This document shows positions 38,101 through 50,100 of a stretch of 64,000 nucleotides of DNA, one piece after another; position 1 is the first letter of the stretch, and every line of letters starts with the position of its first letter. The notes under the pieces are model-generated. The model had not been told where the DNA came from, did not search any database, and worked only from the letters and a program-made list of their open reading frames with translations. Origin of the DNA: Perna viridis (lineage: Eukaryota); contig CM074515.1 of NCBI GenBank assembly GCA_037379345.1, forward strand, positions 25,668,001 through 25,732,000. Reading direction: 5' to 3'. The position numbers and the translations under genes are program-made.

Positions 38101-41100
38101 TGGAATCTTAGATGAATATTGTTGAGCAGATGCATAATCAAATCTCTATAGTGGAACAAAATATAATGAGCATTTTCCTGGTCTTTATTTACGTATCCCT
38201 ATAAATAAATTAAGATGAACTTCTACATATGCATGAAACAAACAATGGCATTGTAAAGTTTTTAAGAAAATGCTACCTAATTAGATTATGTGGGAATTCT
38301 CTTCTAAAATAGGAAACTGATGTGAGTAAAATGACAGTGAAAGTAGAAAATAGTTTAGTTTCAATTATTTTCATTACTAACTTCATTGATACTTCTGTTT
38401 TTCAAAGAAACAAAAACAACAGCAAAGCCCTCCACATTCCCCCATTAGTGATACAAAGCTGAATGTTTTCTTTGTTTTTTTTTCTTTTTAATCCAAAAAC
38501 ACATTTTTTATATTTAAAAAAATAAATTTGGTTGACTAAAAAAGTCTTTGGGGAAATCGATGTAAGCCTGATATCTTCTCTATGAAGAATGAAATTAATA
38601 TTATGTCATAATTTCCAGAAAAAATAAATTACCAGTAACCGACGGAAAGTAAATGGCTAAAAGCACCATGAAATTGGAAGTAATATCAGCTACGATTTCA
38701 CCGTGTTCTCTGTTGCCATGGGTTTCTTCACCTATAATTCTGTCCTTCATAGTATACCGACTGTGTAAATTAGCTGCAATACAATAAATAAAAGTGTTTA
38801 ACAATCTTAAAACCTTGAGTTGGTAATCCAGTACAAAAAACAAAAGCTGTGCTTAGGAGTTTTACCTACTAAAAGTCTGCGGCTATGTTGAAATAGTCCT
38901 TTGACCTATTAGGAGAACAAGTTAAAATGTCTTCTATATTTTGCTATTGTACTGATAACACATTGGGACAGTTTTACAAACGTATATATCACTACACACT
39001 AGCTAATTCATACATCATACTAATTTATTAAGAGATGCCAGTGACCTGCATTGTATTAAAAGATTTAGAGTTGTCAATTTTGGAATTGATGATTGCAAAA
39101 TGAGTTTGCTGTTGACACCTCAGTAACTACTTTTACAGGACCATCAGATCAGAATTGATGATGACAAATTATCAAATATGACACAACAATCTCCATACTT
39201 AAGTGGTACTTATGCAATTATCAAATAAATTAATTACAGTCACAATTAAAAATCTTAAAAACAATGTAAAAAAAGAATAAACTATGAAACTTGCATGAAA
39301 AATGTATCCTTATCTACATACCAGTATTTTTTAATGAAATTTGGTGCAGTGGTTTTCTGAGGAGTTACACTTACAAAAGTGTGACGGACATGGCAAAACA
39401 AAATGTCTCCCCACCAAAGTGGGAGAGACATCATTTATACCCTGAAATTCACATCTTGCATTGAGTTTAGATACAAACATCGGTCTACAACTGAAAAATA
39501 ATAAAATGGTATACTGGTCAGAGAGTAGATCTTTCCATTTTCAAGATCAAAGCAATTCTTGCCAATCTGCTCAACAAAATTTTATTCCTTGATGAAAATC
39601 GTTGTACCATACTCATTTTTGAGAGCAAAAATACCAGCAATCTGTTGGACATTTTTTCCTAATTTTTTTACATGAACTCATTTTTCACAGGAAAGAACGA
39701 AAAATTGGTTGGCGAGAATTACTTGCTACCAAGAACTACTCCTTAACCAGTAGAGTAGAATTTTTCTACTTACAATTGATAACACCACTAGCCAGTCCAG
39801 GTATCCCAGGTATAACTTTCGTTACTTGTTCATTAAAATAGTCAGTACACAAGGTTTCATTGACTCCAACTGTACAGTAATGAGCATATATACCGCTATC
39901 ATTGTTCTTACTACAGTACATAGATCCATTCACAAATGAAACTGCAGAGGTTAAAAGTCGTTCTCCAAGGTAACATATACTGAAATGAAGGTCAAATAGG
40001 ATACGGATAGTACAGAGGTTAAAAGTCAGTCTCCAACGTAACACATACTAAAATGAAGGTCAAATAGGATAAGGATAATTTAGAGGTTAAAAGTATGTCT
40101 CCAAGGTAACATATACTGAAAATGAAGGCCAAATAGGATGAGGATAGTTTAGAGGTTAAAATTTGGTCTCCCTGGTAACATTTACTAAAATAAAGGTCAA
40201 ACAGGATAAGGATAGTGCAAAGGTTAAAAGTCAGTCTCCAAGGTCACATATGCTGGAATGACGGCCAAAAAGGCTAAAGATACTGCAGAGGTTAAAAGTT
40301 GGTCTCCAATGAATATACCAGTACTAAAACAAAGTTCAAATAGGGTAAAAGACCAAATTCTGTATTAATAAATACTGTAAAATTATGATTTTTTTTCTGT
40401 CTCCTAACTTTTTTTTATGTTAGGTAAATAGTGAATAGTGAGTCTCAGTAGACACATATACTGAAAAAAAAGATCAAATAAGGTAAAATATCTAATACCT
40501 CATAAACAATGTTAAGTAAGGTTTTCTTTTTATCATAAGTGCTTAATCACATTTATCATGTTTATAACTTCAAGAACTGTTAAAGTAGTATTTAGATTTG
40601 GCATATAAGACTTAGGTATATCAGCCCAAGTAGAAGCAGATTGGCCTTGACTATCTAAATTTTTAAATTTTCTTGTTCTGAAATTATTAATATACTGTAC
40701 AGTCAACAACAAAAAATTCTACATTTCATTATCTTAGGCCTGAGAAAAATTTATGTTTTTTTTTTCAGCTGAAAGGAAGTACACACCTAGAAAACCCTCT
40801 TGAGAATAACAGTGATAAGTTTAAGTTTACAAAAATATATCCCCACTACACTTGGACTTCAAGAATGAAACATCTTTATATTGGAATATTTTCCCTTGCA
40901 GGTGTCTCATAATAACTTTTTATCCATATTTACACAGAACAGCAAAATGTCTGATGAAGTTTAATCCAAATCCATCAAATAATTTTGTAATGGTTACAAG
41001 CTTAGAACATGTAAAACCTTTAATTTGGATAATCTCCTCTAGCAAGGACCATGCAATAATTATGTTTGTATCTTCCATCATTCTATATATGATGCTTTAT

Positions 41101-44100
41101 CTTTTTATGAAGTTTAATTAAAATCTGTCCATCAGATTTGGAACAATTGAACAAATCCCCTCGCAGGAATACTTCAATAATTGTCTTCCTTTCTTAACGA
41201 GTGATTGTTTGATCCTAATTTTACATCTGAATCTATACTGTAAGGTGTAAGGGATTTTTTTCTATGGAAACTGAATGTGTATATCAAGTAGCACAATAAT
41301 GGTATATATCTTATCTGCCTGATCCTTACATGAATCTATAAATAACTTACCTTACACTGTTGTCTGAATTTGACACAAAAAATCCAATATATATACAGAA
41401 TATAGACAATATCACACAAGCTAATGATAGTGCTGCAAATTTACTGACGAATCGTACACCTATAAATACTATCACTCCCAACAGTAGTAATATCAATGTC
41501 CCATACACACGATAATTGTTCAAAGCATTGGCTTCTATTGTCACATCACCAAACAATGAAATCTGTGGAGCCATAAATTTCTACAAAAAAAATATAAAAA
41601 ATATCTATATCATATTAACCTTATTTATTGATTGATTATGGTTTAAAATTCTATGGCAGACATTTCTTGCATTTCAGGACAAATATGAATCACCAATAGA
41701 ACAGACTCTGCTTTGTACTAGTCCAACATGCTGAGCCAGATGTTTATTGTTTGAGCTCACAAAAACGACAGCCCAAAGGTAGTATGCCATCCAAGTCAGA
41801 CACATTAATCTGACTCCAAGCCAACCAGTGGTCACTCTTATCCCCTGAAATACTGTGTGCTTGGCTTTGAGTATTTGGTGTAACTTGGCCAGGGATATAA
41901 CCCTTGATCTCCCACACTCAAGCCAAGCATGCTACCAAGAGACAACCGAGGTGGTATATTAAACTTATTATCTATCTAACTATCAGTTCAGTAAATTCCG
42001 TATCACCCCTTACTTAATACTCTCAAAAAGGACTTTTACCTGTTAGTTTTATCAATATTTTATTTATTTTGTGCAAAGACGAATGTTTATTTGTTTTAGG
42101 ATTCTTTAAAATAAACAATATCATTTGCCTAATTACTTTTTTTCTACAGAAATTTTACATTGCATTAGAAACTTGTATTTGTGGTGGGATAATTAACTTC
42201 TAAAAATAAAAGCTTGTACCCAGTGAATGGTACCAAATAGCAGGCATTTTTATTTATTTTTTTTTGTGGGGGGGGAGGGGGTGAGTGTTATGAACAAATG
42301 ACCTAAGCAATTAAACCTGATTAATTAGTGTTTTTTTGCATTATAAATCAGGATTTAGTTTCGTGGATGAAAAAATAAACCTTATATGCTCATGCTCAGC
42401 TGTTAATAAAAAGATACCACTTGTCATTTCACAGACCCATTTTTTTATAGTCAGCGCAGGAGACAGCCTTGTTGAATTGTCTGACTCATTTCAGTCTTAG
42501 TAGCACCAAAGCCACATATCAGACAGATGACCACTAATTTCTTTTGAATCATAGAAAGGTTATGATAAGGCTATGCTTAAACAAGCCCATTACAAGTCTA
42601 CTGATTGTAGTGTCTTAAACAACAATGTAAAATAGATGTTGACACATAAACATTACCACCTATTTTACATAGAGACAGAGATAATTGTTTATGTCCACTT
42701 ATATCAACATCAGTGAAAGAGAAAATGGTCGGTTTGAGACAAGTTAGGATTGTATAATTTGTATGTTTTATGAGATCCATTCTTTATTGACTTCTTAATG
42801 ACAATGCACATATTATATTGAATTCATTTGAACTTGAGATAGAAGTACAATTATTGCTTATTTTGCACAAAATTGTAATAAATTATGTAACTCAGTAATG
42901 TAGACTCTTTTTGTAAACTTTTGAAATTTTTTGTAAATCAACCAAATCAAGTAAACCAAAGTGGTTTAAAAGGTAAATCACCCTACCGGTGCACCTGGTC
43001 CATGCTCCCAGTTTTTAGTGGAGTCCGAGTTGCTCATTTACTTTTGTTACTTTGTATGTATGATTTTAGTTACTTTATGTTCTTTGTTGTATGTATCTGA
43101 TTTCCATGTCTGGTCTTTGTCCCTGGATTATATTCTTTTAATTACCGCTATAACCTTGGTTCCCTTGATTACTCTTTCACAAGTACTGGTAGCAGATAGA
43201 ATTTTTTTTCATATTGGAAAAAGTTCTGTGTTTGTTCATACTTCAATTTTTTAAGCTGATAATAAAGGTACGGTACTGAAGATTTGTTTACCAAAATCTC
43301 TAAAATCCCATAATTTTGAATTTAATGCATCATACCTGTCCATAAAAATCTTGAAACCTTTGATTCTCCACACTGTATGTATGGTACTGCTTTCTTTGCA
43401 GAATAGTAATAAGTATTGCATGTTTCAAATTCAAAATCTGTACCAATTGGTGAGATTCTATAAACAATATCTCAAGATTGAGTTTTCCAAACCTTACTTA
43501 AATACCAGTCCATATAAAATTCAGACACTGCCAATGGTAAAGTGATTCATGGTTAAGAAAAACCCACCAAACAAACGATACTTTTTCAGTCAAAATATGC
43601 TAAACTTTCACATAACAACAATCTTTTCTGCATTCAAATCTGCACTTTATAGAAATTCATACATTCATTTCCAACATAAATCAACCAAATCAAGAACGAT
43701 AACTTTTGTGCAAATTTCATGTACAATCTATATAATTTTTATCTCAAAAGCGCAACATCCAAATGAAAAACTAAGACTTGTTACGTGATCAGAATCTGTC
43801 TCTGAACAAGAAATAAAACTGAATTCATTGTGTTTTTGACATGAATGAATCACCTTCTGTCTGATTTTTTAGAAAGACTGCTACTTTAGTAACCAAAATT
43901 TCTTACAACAAGTATGTCCCATCTATATAAAGCCTTGGAATTAATATATCCAATTGCAATTCAGACAAAAGAACGACAGACAAAAAGGCAGACAATAGGG
44001 ATATTCCAATATACCACCCATTTGCCCATTGGGAGTACAATAAAACATTCACCAATCACAGCTGTATAACAAAAACTTACCAATAAAATCTCCACAGAAC

Positions 44101-47100
44101 CAATGATATACATAGAAGAAGCCACTGTTGTTCCTAGATAGAATAATGCTCCTACAGCCCCACCAAACTCAGGGCCTAAAGCTCTAGATATCATAAAATA
44201 TGATCCACCAGCAGGGACCACTCCATTGGTGGCAATAGCACTCATTGATATAGCTGTTAACATAGTCTGAAATGGAAAATTAAATTAGATTGAATTCTTG
44301 AATAATTTAATGATACTTTAATTTTGATTGGCTGACTTTTTTAATTTATGAAGGTTTGTTATGTATTTAGGTAAAACTGATCATTTTTTTCAAATGAAAT
44401 TAACTGCTTCGAAGTTGGAAATAGTGAACTAGGTGTGAAATTATCAGAAATAGAAGGTATTTTGGAAGAGTTAACTGAAAATTGTTGGCATTTGGGTTTC
44501 ATTTAGTTTGGGAGTGAGCTGGTCATGTTCAAACACAGATGAACCCCAAAAAAACTTATATATTCCTATAATGACTCTAAATACTGCTCAGCTTACCAAC
44601 TGTTAACATGCACTTGATCAATACCAACAATGACAGTTTTGAAGACGAAAGTACTACAGCATGCTAGACATTACTGATAGCATCAAACTTAATACATTGT
44701 TATTTGAAATCTTTGATTTTTTTTTGGCTTAAAAGCAATAGCCAGAGATAGAAAGTGTTTTAGGCAGTAAGATGAATGGAAAAATTGGTAAAAGTTGAAT
44801 ATGAAAATAATCATTCCATCTGACAAAAGACCTTAAAATTGAGACAAACATTGTTATGTCTTGTACAGTTTTGTTGAATTGTATCAGGGGGCTAATAAGA
44901 GCTTGTTCTTCAATGCCTGTTTTGTTCCATATTGACAATTATTTTTACTTATTTGTTTTTGACCTATTTCAGACAGGATTTATAGTCAATGTTGTAGTCT
45001 TGGGAGTTGAGGTATTTTGAGAGAATTTTCCTAACATCTCATTTTCTCCCATGTTGCATAACATTCCTGAACAACATCATAGTCTAACACACAGTTTACA
45101 GATATTCAAATTAAATCCTAAAAGTTTCCATTCTGAGGAAAGACTACCACAAAGCAAATTTAAAAGACATTTCCAGTAACATGAATTAAGACATGTAGGC
45201 AAGAATAATAAAATCAGAAAGAAATAGTTGTTAGAATTAACCGATAAGAAAAATGCTCGCTGCATGGCATTCACAAGCAAGACATGACCCACAATTTTCA
45301 AATTAAACTTTATTTAATGTATAGAAGTTGAAATTTTCGGTACAGCAACAATTGCCATTCAGAAACTACCATCTAAATCTCATTTCATCTTTCACTGAAG
45401 GAAAATCAGATTACACAAGCGAAATATTCCACATGCTTTTCACATGAACTTAACAGGGTTTTTATCTGAACTGAGAACATAAATTTATATGCATCAAATC
45501 ATTATAAATTTTCACATGAAACTCACATAAATATATAAAAACAGGACATATGGTATGATTGCCAGTGAGACAGTAATACACCTAAAGCCAAGCAACAAAC
45601 AATTAAACTTTTACAGGTCACCACACAGTCTTAAATGGTGGGCAAAAACCCATACCATAGAGCGAGCTGTTAATCACCTCAAACAAATGAAGTAAAACTA
45701 CTCATATTTAGGACAAAAATCAACATAATCTACAGAAAAAGCCTGAAATAAATATCAATGAATATAAAAAACAATGAAAACCAATGGACTACAGGTTCCT
45801 GGCACGGGACAGGCACATAAAGCATGAGGCAGGGTTAAACATGTTCGTGAGTCCTCAACCCTTCCCTAACCTGAGACAGTGGTGGGAAAATACAATAATA
45901 AAACAAACTGTAAAAATCTGTTGAATCATGTTTTCATGCCAAATTGTATTTATGTGAATTTCATGTGAATTTCATGTAAACTTCATGTGAACTATTTTTG
46001 CCAGTGTTAACATCTCAGCAACATCTTAAGTTATGCAAGGGAAATCAAAGGATTCAAACTATATCAAAAGAATATACTGACTACATGAAGCAGATGGCCT
46101 ATAAAGGGGAGACAAGTCATTATGTGTTAGCCATATACCAAAATAACTAATCACTCCTTCCAATGGGTACTGAGAAATCTGTGATGGAAAATTTCCAAAT
46201 ACCTCTAATGTAAAAATTCTAAGTCACTCGGAAAGCAGGAAGTTGATGACCTAGAAAGGGGAGACAAGTCATTATGTGTTAGCCATTTACCAAAAATCTA
46301 ATCATTTCCTTCATTAGAAGCCAAGAAATCTGCTATGGAAATATTTGTTACCATAAACTGTCTAAACTGAATTCTTGATACACCAGAAACCTGTCCAAAC
46401 AAAACTCTTGATATACCAGTAACCTGTCTAAACTGATCTGATACTCTAGAAACCTGTCTAAACCAAACTATTGATACCAGACACCTGTCCAAACCAAACT
46501 CTTGATACACCAAACACCTGTCTAAACTGATCTCTTGATACCAGACACCTGTCCAAACCAAACTCTTGATACACCAGACACCTGTCTAAACCGAAGTCTT
46601 GATACCAGACACCTGTCCAACCAAACTCTTGATATACCAGTAACCTGTCTAAACTGATCTGATACATCAGACACCTGTCCAACTGAACTCTTGATACACC
46701 AGAAACCTGCATAAACCGAACTCTTGATACCAGACACCTGTCCCACCGAACTCTTGATACACCCAGACACATGTCTAAACCAAACTCTAGATACACCTGA
46801 TACCTGTCTAAACCAAACTCTAGATACACCTGATACCTGTCTAAACCAAACTCTAGATATACCCAACACCTGTCTAAACCAAACTCTTGATACACCTGAC
46901 ACCTGTCTAAACCAAACTATTGATATACTAGAAACCTGTCTAAACCAATCTTAGCTTATTCATGTAAATTTTAAAGGCACTTTAAACCTGTATATATCTT
47001 AAACCCCAAAAAGTTCACTTAGGACAGTTTTAAGTGTATGCTAAAAATCATCTTCAAAATATTTACAATTTATTTGATCTATGAATGAATACAATATATC

Positions 47101-50100
47101 TCTACAAAATAACCAATCCAAACTGATAAAAAGAAACTCAAAATTCAAAATCAAATCAAATAGAAGTAAAATGCAAAATTAATCTCAAACTGGCAATCAT
47201 TCTGTAATGTACTTCAAGTATATATTCTATATATCATTTTAAATTCAATTAGGTTTATATTAGTTCCATCATTCTCGAGTAAAATTACAAGAAATCAGGC
47301 ATTTAACCAGTAATGTATAGATATATATGAAAATTTAATATAAGATGCATGACAAATGTATTTGAAGGTTGAACGGATTGAAACAAAGTCAAGGATTTAT
47401 TGCAAGGTTTCTATTGGTAGTAAAAAGTGATGTTTTAAAAATGGGTCAAAGAAAGAAATGGTTCGGTTGCCATAAACAAATATTCTGGTCTATGATTAAT
47501 TAGAAATGCTACCCTACAAAGTATTTTGTAACCTTAACACTGACTGATTAGTAGTAGTGCCCTACAAATTAAACTGTATTCTTCACACCATAACAAGACC
47601 ACAAGGTGAAAACACTTAATCTAAAACCATGTTACATTACTGTCAAAACAATGCAACTTAAAGATCATATTTATTTTTATAGCTTATAAAAGTACTAGAA
47701 TTACTAATCTATGCAGTGATAGAGTAAACTTTAAAACTGTTAAGAACCTCACAAAGGCTTCTTAGATCATGCTATTAAAGTCATAAAATACATGAAATAA
47801 CATTATTTGGAAACATGATCTTAAATGCAGAAGATCAAAAACTGCCTCAACAAATCTATTTGTATACAGTAGAACCTATCTAAATGAAACCTTGAACAAG
47901 AAGTGAGACATGTTGTCAGGCTAGGTATACTGCAACTCATACAAAAAAACACCCTGTACGCTCCATCTATATAAAGCTACCAAATTTAAAATCAATCCAT
48001 CCATTGGGAGCAAAGATTTTCTCTATCATTCCATAGAATGAAAAATGGCAAAGTCCAAACAAAACAAGAAGTTGATATAGTACAGCACCCAAAATTGCTT
48101 ACAAGATATGCCCCATCTATATTAAGCCAAACAACAAATTTGAAATAAATCCATCCATTGGGAGCCCAGATAACTGCAGTGTGCACCAAGAAATGCTACT
48201 CTCATATACATGTACCAACCTTTCATTGAGTGCAGGTATAAATTAATTGAAAACCTGTCTAAAGTCTCTTCACATCATTGTTGATAATTTTAAACCTTAG
48301 TAAACAGAACACCTGTATAAACCATACAAAGCCTTCAGTCTGTAAGTGGAGTTCAAAAGAGCTCACTGTAACTTACCGTAAGACAGCATATAAAGACAAT
48401 TCCCAGACTCTCAAACAACCCTGCATTTCCTACAATCCATGTCATACGGATGAACAACAGGACACCAAAGATGTTCTGTATTGTTGGTAGGTAGACACCA
48501 AATAATGTACCAAGCTTGGCCTGAAAAAATATAAAAAGAAGAAACTCTAACACTATCATTTTTCTGAACAAACCACAGTTATAGTAAAATACAATGTGAT
48601 AAATGCTTGGGAATCACATGACAGCATTAACGATACTGAAAAAGTTTATTAAATAGCTGATATCAAATTATATTACTCAATGATTAAATAATTTTAAAGT
48701 ATTCTCTCATCATTCACCTCTTTAATATGAGTTTTCTTTAGCTACCTTCACCTGAATTTGTGTGTGATCAATCTTCAATATTTTTTTTTCAAAAATCAGA
48801 TTCTGCCACCTTGATCAATGATTGATTATGATACTGATCATACTTTGTTAAAATATGTCAAAATATATAAATACTGTGAAAGTACTATAGTTCATGGGGT
48901 ACCAATTTTCATGGTTTTCCTGGGTTTTGTAAACCACAGAAATTGGTCCCCAACAAAAAGGAACTTTTCCATTAGTTTGTATGATTGTTGAACCCACTAG
49001 TTCAAGAATCTACAATCTCATAAACTTTCCCTAAACGACGAAAATTGGTACCCACAAATAAAAGTACTTTCACAGTATTACAATACTGGTACATGTACAT
49101 AGTCATGTGTCGTCTATAACAATTTTGATTTTGCCTTACTACTATCAATCCTACACAATTGTTAAATTAAAAATGTGGTGTAATTGGGGTTATCTATACT
49201 TCATTAAAATAATGATGAAACACTCTGCAAAGTGGTTCGAGGTTATTATGGATTGACAGACAGACTGACAGAGGGACATTTACCATAACTATGCCCCTCT
49301 TTGACCTTGGAATACCATCAGAATAGTGTAGTAAGTGATCTATTTTTTTCATCCAAACACTTATTTAAAATTTCATCGCATCAGTTTTGAATTTGAAAGT
49401 GGAGATGAAAATAAAATGTTCATTACAACAGTGACCAGTCAGAAAGGTGAGATGTGATAAAGTTATCATCAAAACTGATCCAGTTGGTTCAATTGCAATG
49501 ACAGTATGATTTAATGTTCATGTCTGAAATAAAGAGATATCTGATTTTTCAGTTCCACAGAGACTGGAAAATACCAATCAGTAAAAACAAAAGAAAAATG
49601 TTCCAGTTGCTGATAAAAGAGGTGATTTATAATAACAAGGAATATATCATAAACCTCCATCAGTGGATGGTTAATTAACTTTTATGTGCAGTTTCCAGAC
49701 TTAGATTTGAGTGCAACTTCTTGGCAGAGAAAATTTATATAAGTTCCTCCTTCAGTGTCTTTTTTCTGTCAATAATAATAGTTTTTTTTCTCCAAACTTA
49801 ATGGTTACACAGTAAAAACCAAGATTTTATCCTCATACTGAATGTGCAACCTGTATTTAAAAAAAATTTGTACAATTTTGTGTTTTGTTGACCACTCATG
49901 ATTGAATTAAACTGTTCACCCAAATAACCAAAGCTGCAATATGCAATGAAGATGATAAATAGAAAATCCATCCGCAATTGATGAAAATGTTTGAATGAAC
50001 AATGTGCAAATGACCATAAAGGAAAATTCATCCACCATAATTGATAATAGCTGCAGAATCAGTCAATTATATAATAATTTCACAATGACGCTGAAGACAA

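Noticed and set aside
41351-41356. Second GTAAG donor 5 nt upstream of the used one
   Set aside because: It would frameshift. The GTAAG arises from Val-Ser codons and there is no evidence of use.
41860-41955. tRNA-like sequence
   Set aside because: Decayed boxes, no convincing cloverleaf, and attached to a SINE body, so not a tRNA gene.
46298-46954. Overlapping repetitive ORFs ([26 protein letters not shown])
   Set aside because: Translations of the minisatellite in several frames and on both strands, with no gene context.
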